DNA from: a bacterium
Lineage (GTDB): Bacteria; UBA8248
Assembly (NCBI GenBank): GCA_027622355.1
Contig: JAQBZT010000002.1
Coordinates: 1-32,029, forward strand
DNA: 32,029 nucleotides
Direction: 5' to 3'
Part shown: positions 9,525 to 18,208 of the stretch, piece by piece
Position numbering within the stretch: the stretch's first letter is position 1
Layout: every line of letters starts with the position of its first letter
Made by a program: the position numbers and the translations under genes
The notes under the pieces: model-generated
The model's database searches: none
What the model saw: only the letters and a program-made list of their open reading frames with translations
Told to the model about the DNA's origin: nothing

Positions 9525-10307
9525 ATGGATCAGACCCTCCCCACGCTCCACCGGGGACTCGATACCATCGAGGTCTTTCTGGAAGGCGGGCCGCAGTTGA
9601 GCGCCCGCGAGATTCAGGCGCGGCTTGGAATTCCGCGGGCGACCCTCTACCGCGTCCTCCGCGTGCTGGAGCATCGCGGCTACCTTCGGCGCGATGAACA
9701 GACCGGCGGCTACCAGCTGGGGTTCCGGCTCCTCCAGCTTTCCGCGGCGGCACAGGACCAGATCGAAATTGCGGCGCTGGCGAACGGCATTCTCCACCGG
9801 ATCAATGAAGAAACGAAGGAGAACACCTCGCTGGCCATGCTGGAAGGGGTGGAGGTCGTTTTCGTACGCACGTTCGAGAGTCTGCTTCCGCTCCGTTTGT
9901 CCACGCGTTCCGGCTTCCGGGCGCCGGTCTATTGCACGGCCTCCGGGAAAGCCATTCTCGCTTTCGCGCCCCCATCGAAGCTGGAAGAGGTGGTGGCGGC
10001 GGGCTTCGCTCCGCTGACGCCCCGAACCGTCAAAAGCGCCAAGACTCTCGATCAGCAGCTTGCACGTATCCGGAAAGAAGGGGTGTCGGTCGCGCGGGGG
10101 GAGTACCGCGAGACGGGTCGCGCCGTGTTCGCGCCGGTTTTCGATCATCAGGGAGACGTTGCGGCGGCCCTCGGAGTGAGCGGGCCTGCCGATCGTTTTT
10201 CGGAGGCTCGGATTTCGGCCCTCTCGGAGCGGGTGCGGGAGGGCGCCGCGGAATTGTCCAAGAGGCTGGGCGCCCGCCCCGGCGGCCGAAAAGAGATCGT
10301 CGTGTAG
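9525..10307 (+). CDS. IclR family transcriptional regulator
   Basis: N-terminal wHTH (LHRGLDTIEVFLEG..LSAREIQARLGIPRATLYRVLRVLEHRGYLRRD) and a C-terminal IclR effector domain (..ASGKAILAF...SVARGEYRETGRAVFAPVFD). Confidence 0.85.
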   Translation: MDQTLPTLHRGLDTIEVFLEGGPQLSAREIQARLGIPRATLYRVLRVLEHRGYLRRDEQTGGYQLGFRLLQLSAAAQDQIEIAALANGILHRINEETKENTSLAMLEGVEVVFVRTFESLLPLRLSTRSGFRAPVYCTASGKAILAFAPPSKLEEVVAAGFAPLTPRTVKSAKTLDQQLARIRKEGVSVARGEYRETGRAVFAPVFDHQGDVAAALGVSGPADRFSEARISALSERVREGAAELSKRLGARPGGRKEIVV

Positions 10308-10363
10308 AAATTACGCGGCCGGATTTTTCATTCAGCCGGATTTTTCATTCAGGAGGTTCTGCC

Positions 10364-11341
10364 ATGGAGTACACCAAGTCCGAAGCGAAAGCCTATTGCA
10401 GGGAGCACATGAAGGGCATCTGGGCCGCGCTGATCACGCCTTTCAAGGATTCGGGCCAGATGGACGAGGAGGGTCTGCGGAAATTCGTGCGGACCTGCAT
10501 TGACGATCTCAAGATTGACGGATTTTTCTGCAACGGACTGATGGGAGAGTTCTGGTCGCTCTCCCCGGATGAGCGCAAGCGTGCCCAGCACATCGTCTGC
10601 GAGGAAAGCCGGGGCCGAGCCATGACGATTCCCCATACCGCCCATATCAACATCCGCGAGGCGGTGGAGCTGACCCACCATGCCGAGGAAGTCGGCGCCG
10701 ACTTCGCCATCATGATCAACCCGGTCTACGGCGCGCACGATGACGATGAAATCTTCTTCTACTTCAAGACCATCTGCGATCAGGTGGACATCGGCATCGC
10801 CCTGTTCAACCAGCCCAAGTCGGGCACCACGCTGAGCCCCGAGCTTGTCGAGCGTCTTTCCGATCTTGAGAACATCTGCGCCATCAAGAACGCCGTTCCC
10901 AATCCCGTGCATCTGAACGAGGTGCGCCGCCGGGTGGGGGACAAGATCGTCGTCTGCGATCCGAGCGAGGACAATTTCCTCGTCGGCCTGCTCCATCATG
11001 GCGTCCAGGTGCACAATTCATCGCCGAGCCCTTATCTCTATCAGGTGCCCGGCTATACCCCCATCCGGGACTATTACGCCGCCGCCATGGCGGGAGACAC
11101 GGAAAAAGCCTGGAAGATCAGCAATTCGCTGACGTCGCTGCGGGTGGTGAAGACCAAGTACATGACGACCGGGCCGAACGGCCGGACGACGGCCTACATC
11201 AAGGAATGGGCCCGGCTGCTCGGCCTGCCCAGCAGCGATCCGCGCCCGCCGGTGCTCACCTTGACGCCGGCCGAGCGGGAGGCGTTCCGAAAGGATCTGG
11301 CCGAAACCGGGATTCTCGACAGGGTCCATGCGGCTGCGTAA
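10364..11341 (+). CDS. Dihydrodipicolinate synthase (DapA)/N-acetylneuraminate lyase family aldolase
   Basis: GIWAALITPF..., GFFCNGLMGEFWSLSPDERK, AIMINPVY, ICAIKNAV (Schiff-base Lys context). AGGAGG RBS upstream of the ATG at 10364. The 9932 start in the ORF track is a spurious extension. Confidence 0.85.
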   Translation: MEYTKSEAKAYCREHMKGIWAALITPFKDSGQMDEEGLRKFVRTCIDDLKIDGFFCNGLMGEFWSLSPDERKRAQHIVCEESRGRAMTIPHTAHINIREAVELTHHAEEVGADFAIMINPVYGAHDDDEIFFYFKTICDQVDIGIALFNQPKSGTTLSPELVERLSDLENICAIKNAVPNPVHLNEVRRRVGDKIVVCDPSEDNFLVGLLHHGVQVHNSSPSPYLYQVPGYTPIRDYYAAAMAGDTEKAWKISNSLTSLRVVKTKYMTTGPNGRTTAYIKEWARLLGLPSSDPRPPVLTLTPAEREAFRKDLAETGILDRVHAAA

Positions 11342-11389
11342 GACCAGAGCCGGGGGCCGCACCCTCCGCGGCGCGGGAGATTTTACGCG

Positions 11390-12565
11390 ATGGATTTTTC
11401 GCTGACGGAAAACCAGCTTGCCCTCCAGCAAATGGCCCATGAGTTCGCGGAGCGCGAGATGCGTCCCGTCGCCCAGGAACTCGACCGCAAGCCTGTGCCC
11501 GAGGAGCGAACCCCTTGGGCGGTGCTCGAAAAAGCGAGCCAAATCGGCCTGCGGACGCTCTCCGTTCCGGAAAAAATGGGCGGCGGCGGCGCCGACATGC
11601 TGACCTGCTGCCTGGTGGGCGAGGAACTCGGCTGGGGCGAGCTGGGAATCGCCATCACGCTGGATCAGGACTGGAAGCTGGCCCGATTTTATACAGGCAT
11701 TCTGGGTGAGAAGCAGCGGGAAAAATTCCTCTCCCGATTTTTGCCCGATCACCAGTTCCATCTCGCCATCGCCTCTTCGGAGCCCAACGCGGGTACCGAC
11801 AACATGATCGCTTATCCGGGGGCGGAGGGAGGGCTCCGCGCCTCGGCCGTCCGGGACGGAAACGATTGGGTGGTGAACGGGAGGAAGCATTTCATCATCA
11901 ACGGCGGTCTCGCCAAACTCTATGTGCTCTCGCTGCGGACCGACCCGGGTGCGCCCGTGAGCCGAGGCGTTACCTACATGATGGCCGACCCGGAGATGGA
12001 GGGTTTTTCCATCGGACGCTATCACGACAAGATGGGGTTGCGCCTGGCGCAGAATGTCGAACTCGTTTTCGAAAACCTCCGGATACCGGATGAAAACCGC
12101 CTGACGCCGGTGAACGACGCGCTGGAGGCGAGAACGAAACACTTGCGCGGCTCGAACGTTGAGTCGACAGCCACCGTGCTGGGAACGGCCCGCGCCGCCT
12201 ATGAGGATGCCCTCGAGTATGCCCGCAACCGCGTTCAGGGCGGAAGACCCATCATCGAGCATCAGGCGATCGGCTTCATGCTGTGCGATTGTTTCGTGGA
12301 ATACGAGGCCAGCCGCCGGCTCCTTCACTACGCGGCCTGGATGGCGGGCGGGGACGGCCCCTGGGATCGCAAGCTCGGCGACATGACGAAGGTCTATCTT
12401 TCGGAGACCTGCTTCCGGATCGCCACGAAAGCTCTCGAGGTGTGGGGCGGGATGGGCTACATGACCGAATCGCCCATGGAAAAATATCTTCGCGATGTGA
12501 CGAGCTGGTTCCACACCGAGGGCACGAACGAGGCGATGAAAATACGCGCCATGCGTACCCTTTAA
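11390..12565 (+). CDS. Acyl-CoA dehydrogenase
   Basis: MDFSLTENQLALQQMAHEFAEREMRP..., SEPNAGTD, ...EVWGGMGYMTESPMEKYLRD: a typical ACAD N/M/C domain organisation. Confidence 0.9.
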   Translation: MDFSLTENQLALQQMAHEFAEREMRPVAQELDRKPVPEERTPWAVLEKASQIGLRTLSVPEKMGGGGADMLTCCLVGEELGWGELGIAITLDQDWKLARFYTGILGEKQREKFLSRFLPDHQFHLAIASSEPNAGTDNMIAYPGAEGGLRASAVRDGNDWVVNGRKHFIINGGLAKLYVLSLRTDPGAPVSRGVTYMMADPEMEGFSIGRYHDKMGLRLAQNVELVFENLRIPDENRLTPVNDALEARTKHLRGSNVESTATVLGTARAAYEDALEYARNRVQGGRPIIEHQAIGFMLCDCFVEYEASRRLLHYAAWMAGGDGPWDRKLGDMTKVYLSETCFRIATKALEVWGGMGYMTESPMEKYLRDVTSWFHTEGTNEAMKIRAMRTL

Positions 12566-12652
12566 CAATCTTTTCTCTTTTCCGTTGCATAAAGAACCGC
12601 AGCCGCGCACACTTCCCTGTGCTGTAAAATTCCGGTTTGGCGGGAGCGGCAT

Positions 12653-13717
12653 ATGCGTGCGTTTGTCATGGCGGCGGGCCTGGGGATGCGGCTTGGCCCA
12701 TTGGGGGAGAAAATCCCCAAGGCCCTTCTCCCCCTCGGCGGTGTTCCGCTCATCCGGTTTGCGCTGGAGAATCTTCGGGAGGCGGGCGTCGGCGAGGCGG
12801 TGGTGAATCTTCATCACAGGGGCGGGGAAGTCCGCGCCGCCCTGGGAGATGAAACCGCCGGGGTGCGGATACACTACTCGGAGGAGCCCGAGCTTCTGGG
12901 AACGGCGGGCGGGCTGAAAAAGGCCGAGGACTTTCTCCGGGAGGGCGGCGGTCCTTTTTTTGTGCTCAACGCGGATGCGCCCGCGCGCATCGATCTCTCC
13001 GCCGCCCTGGCGCATCACCGGGAGGGCGGCTATCTGGCGACGCTGGTCTTGCGCGAATCGCCCGAGGGGGCCCGGTACGGCCTTCTGGGGGTGGACGCCG
13101 CCGGCCGGCTGCGGCGCTTCCTGAAGGCGGACGCACCGGGGACCCCCTCGGGGGCGTTGACCGAGGCCATGTTCACGGGTGCCTGCCTCATGGAACCCGC
13201 GTTTTTGGACCGCATTCCGGCAGGCAGGTTTTGCAGTATCTCGAAGGAAATCTACCCCCCGCTGATTGAAGAGGGAGCGCCGCTGGGCGCGGTGTTGAGC
13301 GGCGGGTACTGGGCCGACGCGGGCACGCCTTCCCGCTATCTGGAGGCGAATTTCGATCTGCTGGCCGGACGCCATGTCCCGGCTTTTCCCTGGCCCTCTG
13401 GCGGCGATTTTTTTCTCGGAGGAAAGGAAGTGGCCTGGGGGGAGGGAACGCTCCGTCCTCCCGTTCTGGCGGGGCGGGGCGTCCGCCTGGGCTTGGGCGC
13501 CGTGGCGGGCCCTTTCGCTGTTTTGGGCGAGAATGCTACTCTTTCCGAAGGCGCCGCTGCGGGGCATTCGGTCCTTCTTCCGAATTCGGCGGTTGGAAAA
13601 GACGTGGCGCTGAAGCGGTGTATCTTGGGCCCGGGTGCGGTGGCGGATTCTTCGAATTCAAACGCTTTTTTCTCGAAAGAATCCAAAAATCCGTTTCCGT
13701 TCGATGCGGACGGGTAA
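12653..13717 (+). CDS. Sugar-phosphate nucleotidyltransferase (NDP-sugar pyrophosphorylase family)
   Basis: N-terminal MRAFVMAAGLGMRLGPLGEKIPKALLPLGGVPLI (G-x-G-x-R-L signature) plus a C-terminal LbH-like region. Confidence 0.75.
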   Translation: MRAFVMAAGLGMRLGPLGEKIPKALLPLGGVPLIRFALENLREAGVGEAVVNLHHRGGEVRAALGDETAGVRIHYSEEPELLGTAGGLKKAEDFLREGGGPFFVLNADAPARIDLSAALAHHREGGYLATLVLRESPEGARYGLLGVDAAGRLRRFLKADAPGTPSGALTEAMFTGACLMEPAFLDRIPAGRFCSISKEIYPPLIEEGAPLGAVLSGGYWADAGTPSRYLEANFDLLAGRHVPAFPWPSGGDFFLGGKEVAWGEGTLRPPVLAGRGVRLGLGAVAGPFAVLGENATLSEGAAAGHSVLLPNSAVGKDVALKRCILGPGAVADSSNSNAFFSKESKNPFPFDADG

Positions 13718-13782
13718 TTGTTTTGGCCCGTGAAAATAATTTTGCCCAGTTTTTTGTGCCGATGAGGGATAAGGAGAAGTAA

Positions 13783-15393
13783 ATGCCCGAGCCGACAGCG
13801 GTGGCGGCCCTCTCCAAGGGCCGGTCGCCGGTTTTTTCTTGTGACGGAATGGTGGCCACCAGCCAGCCGTTGGCCGCAGGGGCCGGTCTTCAGATACTCC
13901 GGGAGGGCGGCAACGCGGCGGATGCCGCCATCTGTACCGCTGCCGTCCTGAATGTGGTCGAGCCTCAATCCACCGGCATCGGCGGCGATATGTTCATGCT
14001 CTACTGGGATGCCCGGGAGAAAAAACTTCTCGGCCTGAACGGCAGCGGGCGGGCCCCCCGGGCCGCGACGCGGGAGCGGTACGCCGAGCTGGGCCATACA
14101 CAGATGCCGGAATTCGGCATACACGCCGTGACGGTTCCGGGAGCGGCGGACGGCTGGTGCGCCGCGCTGGAGCGGTGCGGAAGCGGAAAGAAAACACTGG
14201 CCGATCTTCTGGCCCCGGCCGCCCGCTATGCCGAAAAAGGGTTTCCGGTCTCGCCGGCGATCCAAAACGCCTGGAGCCTGCAGGTCGAAAAACTGAAAAA
14301 ATGCCCCGATTCGGCCGCCGTCTATCTTCCGGGCGGGCGGGCGCCTCGCCTGGGGGAAATTTTCCGGAATCCTTCGCTTGCGAAAACTTTTCACGGGCTG
14401 GGGGATGGCGGCCGAGCGTATTTTTACGAAGGCCCCGTCGCCGAGGCCATCGTGCAGATATCCCGGAAATACGGCGGTCTCATCGAGGCTGGGGATATGG
14501 CGGCGGCGCGGCACGAATGGGTGGAGCCGATACGGACTTCCTACCGCGGCCATGAACTCTGTGAGATCCCCCCGAACGGCCCCGGGATCACCGCCCTTAT
14601 GGCGCTCAACATCCTGGAGGGTTTCCCCCTTTCCGAGTTGAGCTTCGGCTCGGCCGAACACCTGCACCTTTTGGCCGAATCCCTCAAGCTCGCCTTCGCC
14701 GATCGCGATCGCTATATCGCTGATCCGCTTCAGGCGGAAGTTCCCACCGCGGAGCTGCTCTCGAAGGCGTACGCGGAGAGGCGCCGGATGGAAATCGGGA
14801 CGCAGGCCGCCCTGCCCGGACCGGGGAATCCGCTTTTGGGGAGCGATACGGTTTATCTCACGACGGCCGATCGCGAAGGCAACATGTGCTCTTTCATTAA
14901 CAGCCTCTACAAGCATTTCGGCTCGGGCATCACGGCGGGCGAAACCGGGGTCATGCTCCAGAACCGCGGCTTCGGGTTTGTTCTGGAAGAGGGGCATCCC
15001 AACTGCATCGCGCCCGGCAAGCGGCCGCTCCACACGATCATCCCCGGATTTGTGATGAAAGAAGGCGCCCCCTGGATGAGCTTTGGCGTGATGGGAGGCG
15101 ACATGCAGCCGCAGGGGCACGTTCAGATACTCACCGACATGGTGGATTTCGGGATGAACATTCAGGAGGCCATCGAGGCGCCCCGGCTGCGGGTGTTGGG
15201 CGGACGCGGGTTAGCGGTAGAATACGGCGTACCCGGGGCGGTCGTCGAAACGCTTCGCGGCCTGGGGCATGAGGTGGCCCGGGGCGGTGGCTATGAAGGG
15301 TTCGGTGGGGGGCAGGGCATCGTCCGTCTTCCGGGCGGCGGTCTCATGGGTGGTTCGGATTACCGGCGTGACGGTTGTGCCGTCGGTTTTTGA
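13783..15393 (+). CDS. ggt: Gamma-glutamyltransferase family protein
   Basis: GGNAADAA..., GIGGDMF, the autoprocessing/nucleophile context DTVYLTTADREGN, and GVMGGDMQPQGHVQ. Confidence 0.9.
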   Translation: MPEPTAVAALSKGRSPVFSCDGMVATSQPLAAGAGLQILREGGNAADAAICTAAVLNVVEPQSTGIGGDMFMLYWDAREKKLLGLNGSGRAPRAATRERYAELGHTQMPEFGIHAVTVPGAADGWCAALERCGSGKKTLADLLAPAARYAEKGFPVSPAIQNAWSLQVEKLKKCPDSAAVYLPGGRAPRLGEIFRNPSLAKTFHGLGDGGRAYFYEGPVAEAIVQISRKYGGLIEAGDMAAARHEWVEPIRTSYRGHELCEIPPNGPGITALMALNILEGFPLSELSFGSAEHLHLLAESLKLAFADRDRYIADPLQAEVPTAELLSKAYAERRRMEIGTQAALPGPGNPLLGSDTVYLTTADREGNMCSFINSLYKHFGSGITAGETGVMLQNRGFGFVLEEGHPNCIAPGKRPLHTIIPGFVMKEGAPWMSFGVMGGDMQPQGHVQILTDMVDFGMNIQEAIEAPRLRVLGGRGLAVEYGVPGAVVETLRGLGHEVARGGGYEGFGGGQGIVRLPGGGLMGGSDYRRDGCAVGF

Positions 15394-15411
15394 GAGCCGC
15401 CGAAAGAATTT

Positions 15412-16308
15412 TTGATTCCCGGAAGAAGAGGGATTTCCTTGAATTCCGTGACTCGGGTGCTGGCCATCTTTCTTTTGGCAGTGGCCGCGGCGCTTCCCGC
15501 GGCGGCGGCCGAGGTGAGTTGCCTACGGGCGGGGCGTGTTGATTCGCCCCCCGGATGGCAGAGCGTGGCGCCGGGGATGGATGTTCGCGAGTTGCGCATT
15601 CAATTTGCGGAAGATGTATTCGAGCAAATGTCCATGGTACGGATAACGCCCGGAGAATTTATCGTCCGTCTTCACTGGCAGCCCAAGGAAGTTTTTGAAA
15701 ATGAAGATGCCCCCCCGGCGATCGCCCGGCGCACAGGCGCGGCCGTTGTCGTGAATGCCGGATACTTCGGGACGGACGGCAGGCCGCTGGGCTTTTTCAA
15801 GACGGGCGGAAAGGTATTCAACCGGCGCCTTCTGTACCGGGGCCGGCGCACCGCGCTGCATTTCGGGGCCGTTTTTCATGTCGAGAAGGGCGGCGCAAGG
15901 GTGGGCATTTCGGATCGGGATGATTTTCGCCCCAGCCGTGCGGACGAAGCGTTCCAGGCGGGCCCCTACCTTGTCCGCCGGGGGCGCCCGGTGACGGATC
16001 TGAGCTCGTATCGTGAATTTCAACGGCCGGCCCGAAGAAGCATCCTGGCCCTCGACTCCCGGGGGCGGCTGGTGGTTATCGTCAGTCACACGAACGGCAG
16101 CGGAATTTCCTGGTGCGAGATGCAGGCGATTCTTTCACGGCCGGAAGCGGAAGGAGGCCTTGGCATGAAGGAGGCGATGAACCTCGACGGCGGGGCCAGT
16201 TCGCAGCTATACATACAGGGCGAGAACTATCGACGCCATCTGGAGGGCCGGTTTGTTCCGGCTTTAATTGTTATCTCCCCGCGGAATCCCAAGAAGGAAA
16301 AGCGGTGA
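15412..16308 (+). CDS. Secreted phosphodiester glycosidase family protein (DUF2233-like)
   Basis: Signal peptide (VLAIFLLAVAAALPAAAAE), VVNAGYF and AMNLDGGASSQL motifs. Start uncertain (TTG 15412, TTG 15439 with an AGAGGGA RBS, or GTG 15448). Confidence 0.65.
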   Translation: MIPGRRGISLNSVTRVLAIFLLAVAAALPAAAAEVSCLRAGRVDSPPGWQSVAPGMDVRELRIQFAEDVFEQMSMVRITPGEFIVRLHWQPKEVFENEDAPPAIARRTGAAVVVNAGYFGTDGRPLGFFKTGGKVFNRRLLYRGRRTALHFGAVFHVEKGGARVGISDRDDFRPSRADEAFQAGPYLVRRGRPVTDLSSYREFQRPARRSILALDSRGRLVVIVSHTNGSGISWCEMQAILSRPEAEGGLGMKEAMNLDGGASSQLYIQGENYRRHLEGRFVPALIVISPRNPKKEKR

Positions 16309-16330
16309 TATGCGAAAAGGAGCGATGCAA

Positions 16331-16753
16331 ATGCGTGTACGCGATCTCATGACGAAGAACGTGGTGCCGATCAGTCTTGATGAGCAGCTCGATCTCGTCA
16401 ATGAAATCATGAAGGAAGGCAATATTCGCCACATGCCGGTGACCAAGGGCGGCCGCGTGGTGGGAATCGTGAGCCAGCGCGACCTTTTGCGTGCACGGCT
16501 TTCCTCGATTGCGGAATACTCGCAGGATGAGGAAGCGCAGTTCCTTCAAGGGGTGGATGTGGAGCAGATCATGACGTCGAAAGTGAAGGTCGCCGATCCG
16601 GACGAGCTCGTCGTGGACGCCGCCCGGCGCATGATTGAAGCGAAGATCGGCTGTCTGCCGGTCGTGGACAAGGAAGGGGATCTCATCGGCCTGATTACGG
16701 AGACAGACATCATACGCCATTACGTCGAAATTACGGGGAAGGGCAAGAAATAA
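16331..16753 (+). CDS. CBS domain pair protein
   Basis: Two CBS repeats ([18 protein letters not shown]...[20 protein letters not shown] and [15 protein letters not shown]...[22 protein letters not shown]). AAGGAG lies 8 nt upstream of the ATG at 16331. Confidence 0.8.
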   Translation: MRVRDLMTKNVVPISLDEQLDLVNEIMKEGNIRHMPVTKGGRVVGIVSQRDLLRARLSSIAEYSQDEEAQFLQGVDVEQIMTSKVKVADPDELVVDAARRMIEAKIGCLPVVDKEGDLIGLITETDIIRHYVEITGKGKK

Positions 16754-16754
16754 A

Positions 16755-17552
16755 GTGAGTGAAATCCGTGACTTAGAGGGAAAAATCGCGCTCGTCGCGG
16801 CGGCCAGCAAGGGACTCGGCCGGGCCTGCGCGCTTGAAATCGCCCGGCGGGGCGCGAAAGTTGCCATCTGTTCGCGGGATGCCGGCTCGGTTGCCGAAGC
16901 GGCTGCCGCCATCGCGGCAGAGACGGGCGCCGATGTATGGCACTGCGCGGCGGACATGAGCGCGGCCGAGGACGTGAAAAAATTCGTGGGAGGTGCGGCA
17001 TCACACTTCGGCGGGGTGGATATTCTCGTTTCCAATGCGGGGGGGCCTCCCCGCGGAAATTTCTCCGATCTCGACGATGACGTGCCCTGGTTTTCCGCCT
17101 TTGAGCTGGGCGTGATGAGCGCGATCCGCCTGGTGCGGGCTGCGCTTCCCCATATGCGCGGAAGGGGGTACGGCCGCATTCTGTTTATCCTGTCGAGCTC
17201 CGTGCGCGAGCCCATCGATCAGCTTCTTCTCTCGAACGTGATGCGTCCTGCCGTGGCGGGCCTGTCGAAATCTCTTTCCCGCGAGCTGGGCCCTGACAAC
17301 ATACTGGTCAACGTTGTTGCGCCGGGCATGATTTTGACGGACCGCGTTCTGGAGGGGCAGAAGCGAATGGTCGAAAATCTTGGCATCACGCCGGAGGAGG
17401 CCATGGCGAGGCTTTCAGCAGATTTTCCCCTGAAGCGCCTAGGACGGCCGGATGAATTCGCCCAGATGGTGGCTTTTCTTGCCTCTCCCCAGGCGAGTTT
17501 CATATCGGGCGGGGTGTTTATGGTGGATGGCGGCCGCCTGAGGGGGATTTGA
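16755..17552 (+). CDS. SDR family oxidoreductase
   Basis: [17 protein letters not shown] (a TGxxxGxG-like motif), NAGG, and a Rossmann-fold length of 265 aa. GTG start. Confidence 0.85.
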   Translation: MSEIRDLEGKIALVAAASKGLGRACALEIARRGAKVAICSRDAGSVAEAAAAIAAETGADVWHCAADMSAAEDVKKFVGGAASHFGGVDILVSNAGGPPRGNFSDLDDDVPWFSAFELGVMSAIRLVRAALPHMRGRGYGRILFILSSSVREPIDQLLLSNVMRPAVAGLSKSLSRELGPDNILVNVVAPGMILTDRVLEGQKRMVENLGITPEEAMARLSADFPLKRLGRPDEFAQMVAFLASPQASFISGGVFMVDGGRLRGI

Positions 17553-17555
17553 TCC

Positions 17556-18086
17556 CTAGCGCGGGTATCGCCGGCGCTGCGGCTCGGCGGGCGCGGCCTG
17601 CGGCTGCTCGACCGGTTCGGTGGGAATGGCCTTGCGGGGGGCGTTGGCCCGAAGCGGCGCATTCTCCTCGGCTTTCTTTTCGAGAGCGATTCTCTCGCTT
17701 TCCGCCTTCAGCGCCTTTTTTTTCTCATAGACGATAATCTGTTCGCGAAGTTGGGAGAAAAAATCGTCTTCGCGGATATTTGAAGTGATCTCCACCCGCG
17801 TCTGAATGTCAGAGAATTTTTCGACAAAAACCCCGATTCTTCTCGTCCCGCTGACGGCCACGATCCGGCCGGTCTGCGAGTCGGCCTCCCGGATGTCCTG
17901 TTCATTCAGATTCATCACGCGGACCACTGCGGCAAAGACGATCTCGTATGGCCGGTTGAATATCAGGCTGCTTCCGCCGCCCGGCTGGACGGAGTCCGTT
18001 CGGCTGATTTTTTGTGACAGGACATCGCAGCCTCCGGAGAGGAGGACGGCTGCGAGGGCAAGAATGAGAGTTGCGCTTTTCCGCAT
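17556..18086 (-). CDS. Hypothetical lipoprotein with a charged, proline-rich C-terminal tail
   Basis: The internal start MRKSATLILALAAVLLSGGC gives a classic lipobox (LSGGC), with GGGGAG 6 nt upstream. No recognisable catalytic motifs. Confidence 0.55.
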   Translation of the reverse strand: MRKSATLILALAAVLLSGGCDVLSQKISRTDSVQPGGGSSLIFNRPYEIVFAAVVRVMNLNEQDIREADSQTGRIVAVSGTRRIGVFVEKFSDIQTRVEITSNIREDDFFSQLREQIIVYEKKKALKAESERIALEKKAEENAPLRANAPRKAIPTEPVEQPQAAPAEPQRRRYPR

Positions 18087-18139
18087 GAGGAACTCCCCAA
18101 CCGGCGGGCGAATACGGGCACTATACCACACCCGTCCCG

Positions 18140-18169
18140 TTGACACTTTCTCGGCCCCCCCGCCATACT
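18140..18169 (+). promoter_or_regulatory. Candidate sigma70-type promoter for uvrA (-35 TTGACA, 18-nt spacer, -10 CATACT)
   Basis: TTGACA at 18140-18145 and CATACT at 18164-18169, about 40 nt upstream of the uvrA ATG in the divergent intergenic region. Confidence 0.3.
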
Positions 18170-18208
18170 GGAGGGCTGGAAATTTCTGCTTTTAAGGATG
18201 CGCATCGG

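Noticed and set aside
11018-13567. An 849-aa ORF on the minus strand.
   Set aside because: It is antisense to the DapA-like 3' end, the acyl-CoA dehydrogenase and the nucleotidyltransferase. It has an Arg/Pro/Gly-rich shadow-ORF composition and no motifs.
13336-15120. A 594-aa ORF on the minus strand.
   Set aside because: It is antisense to ggt and the nucleotidyltransferase 3' end. It has shadow-ORF composition.
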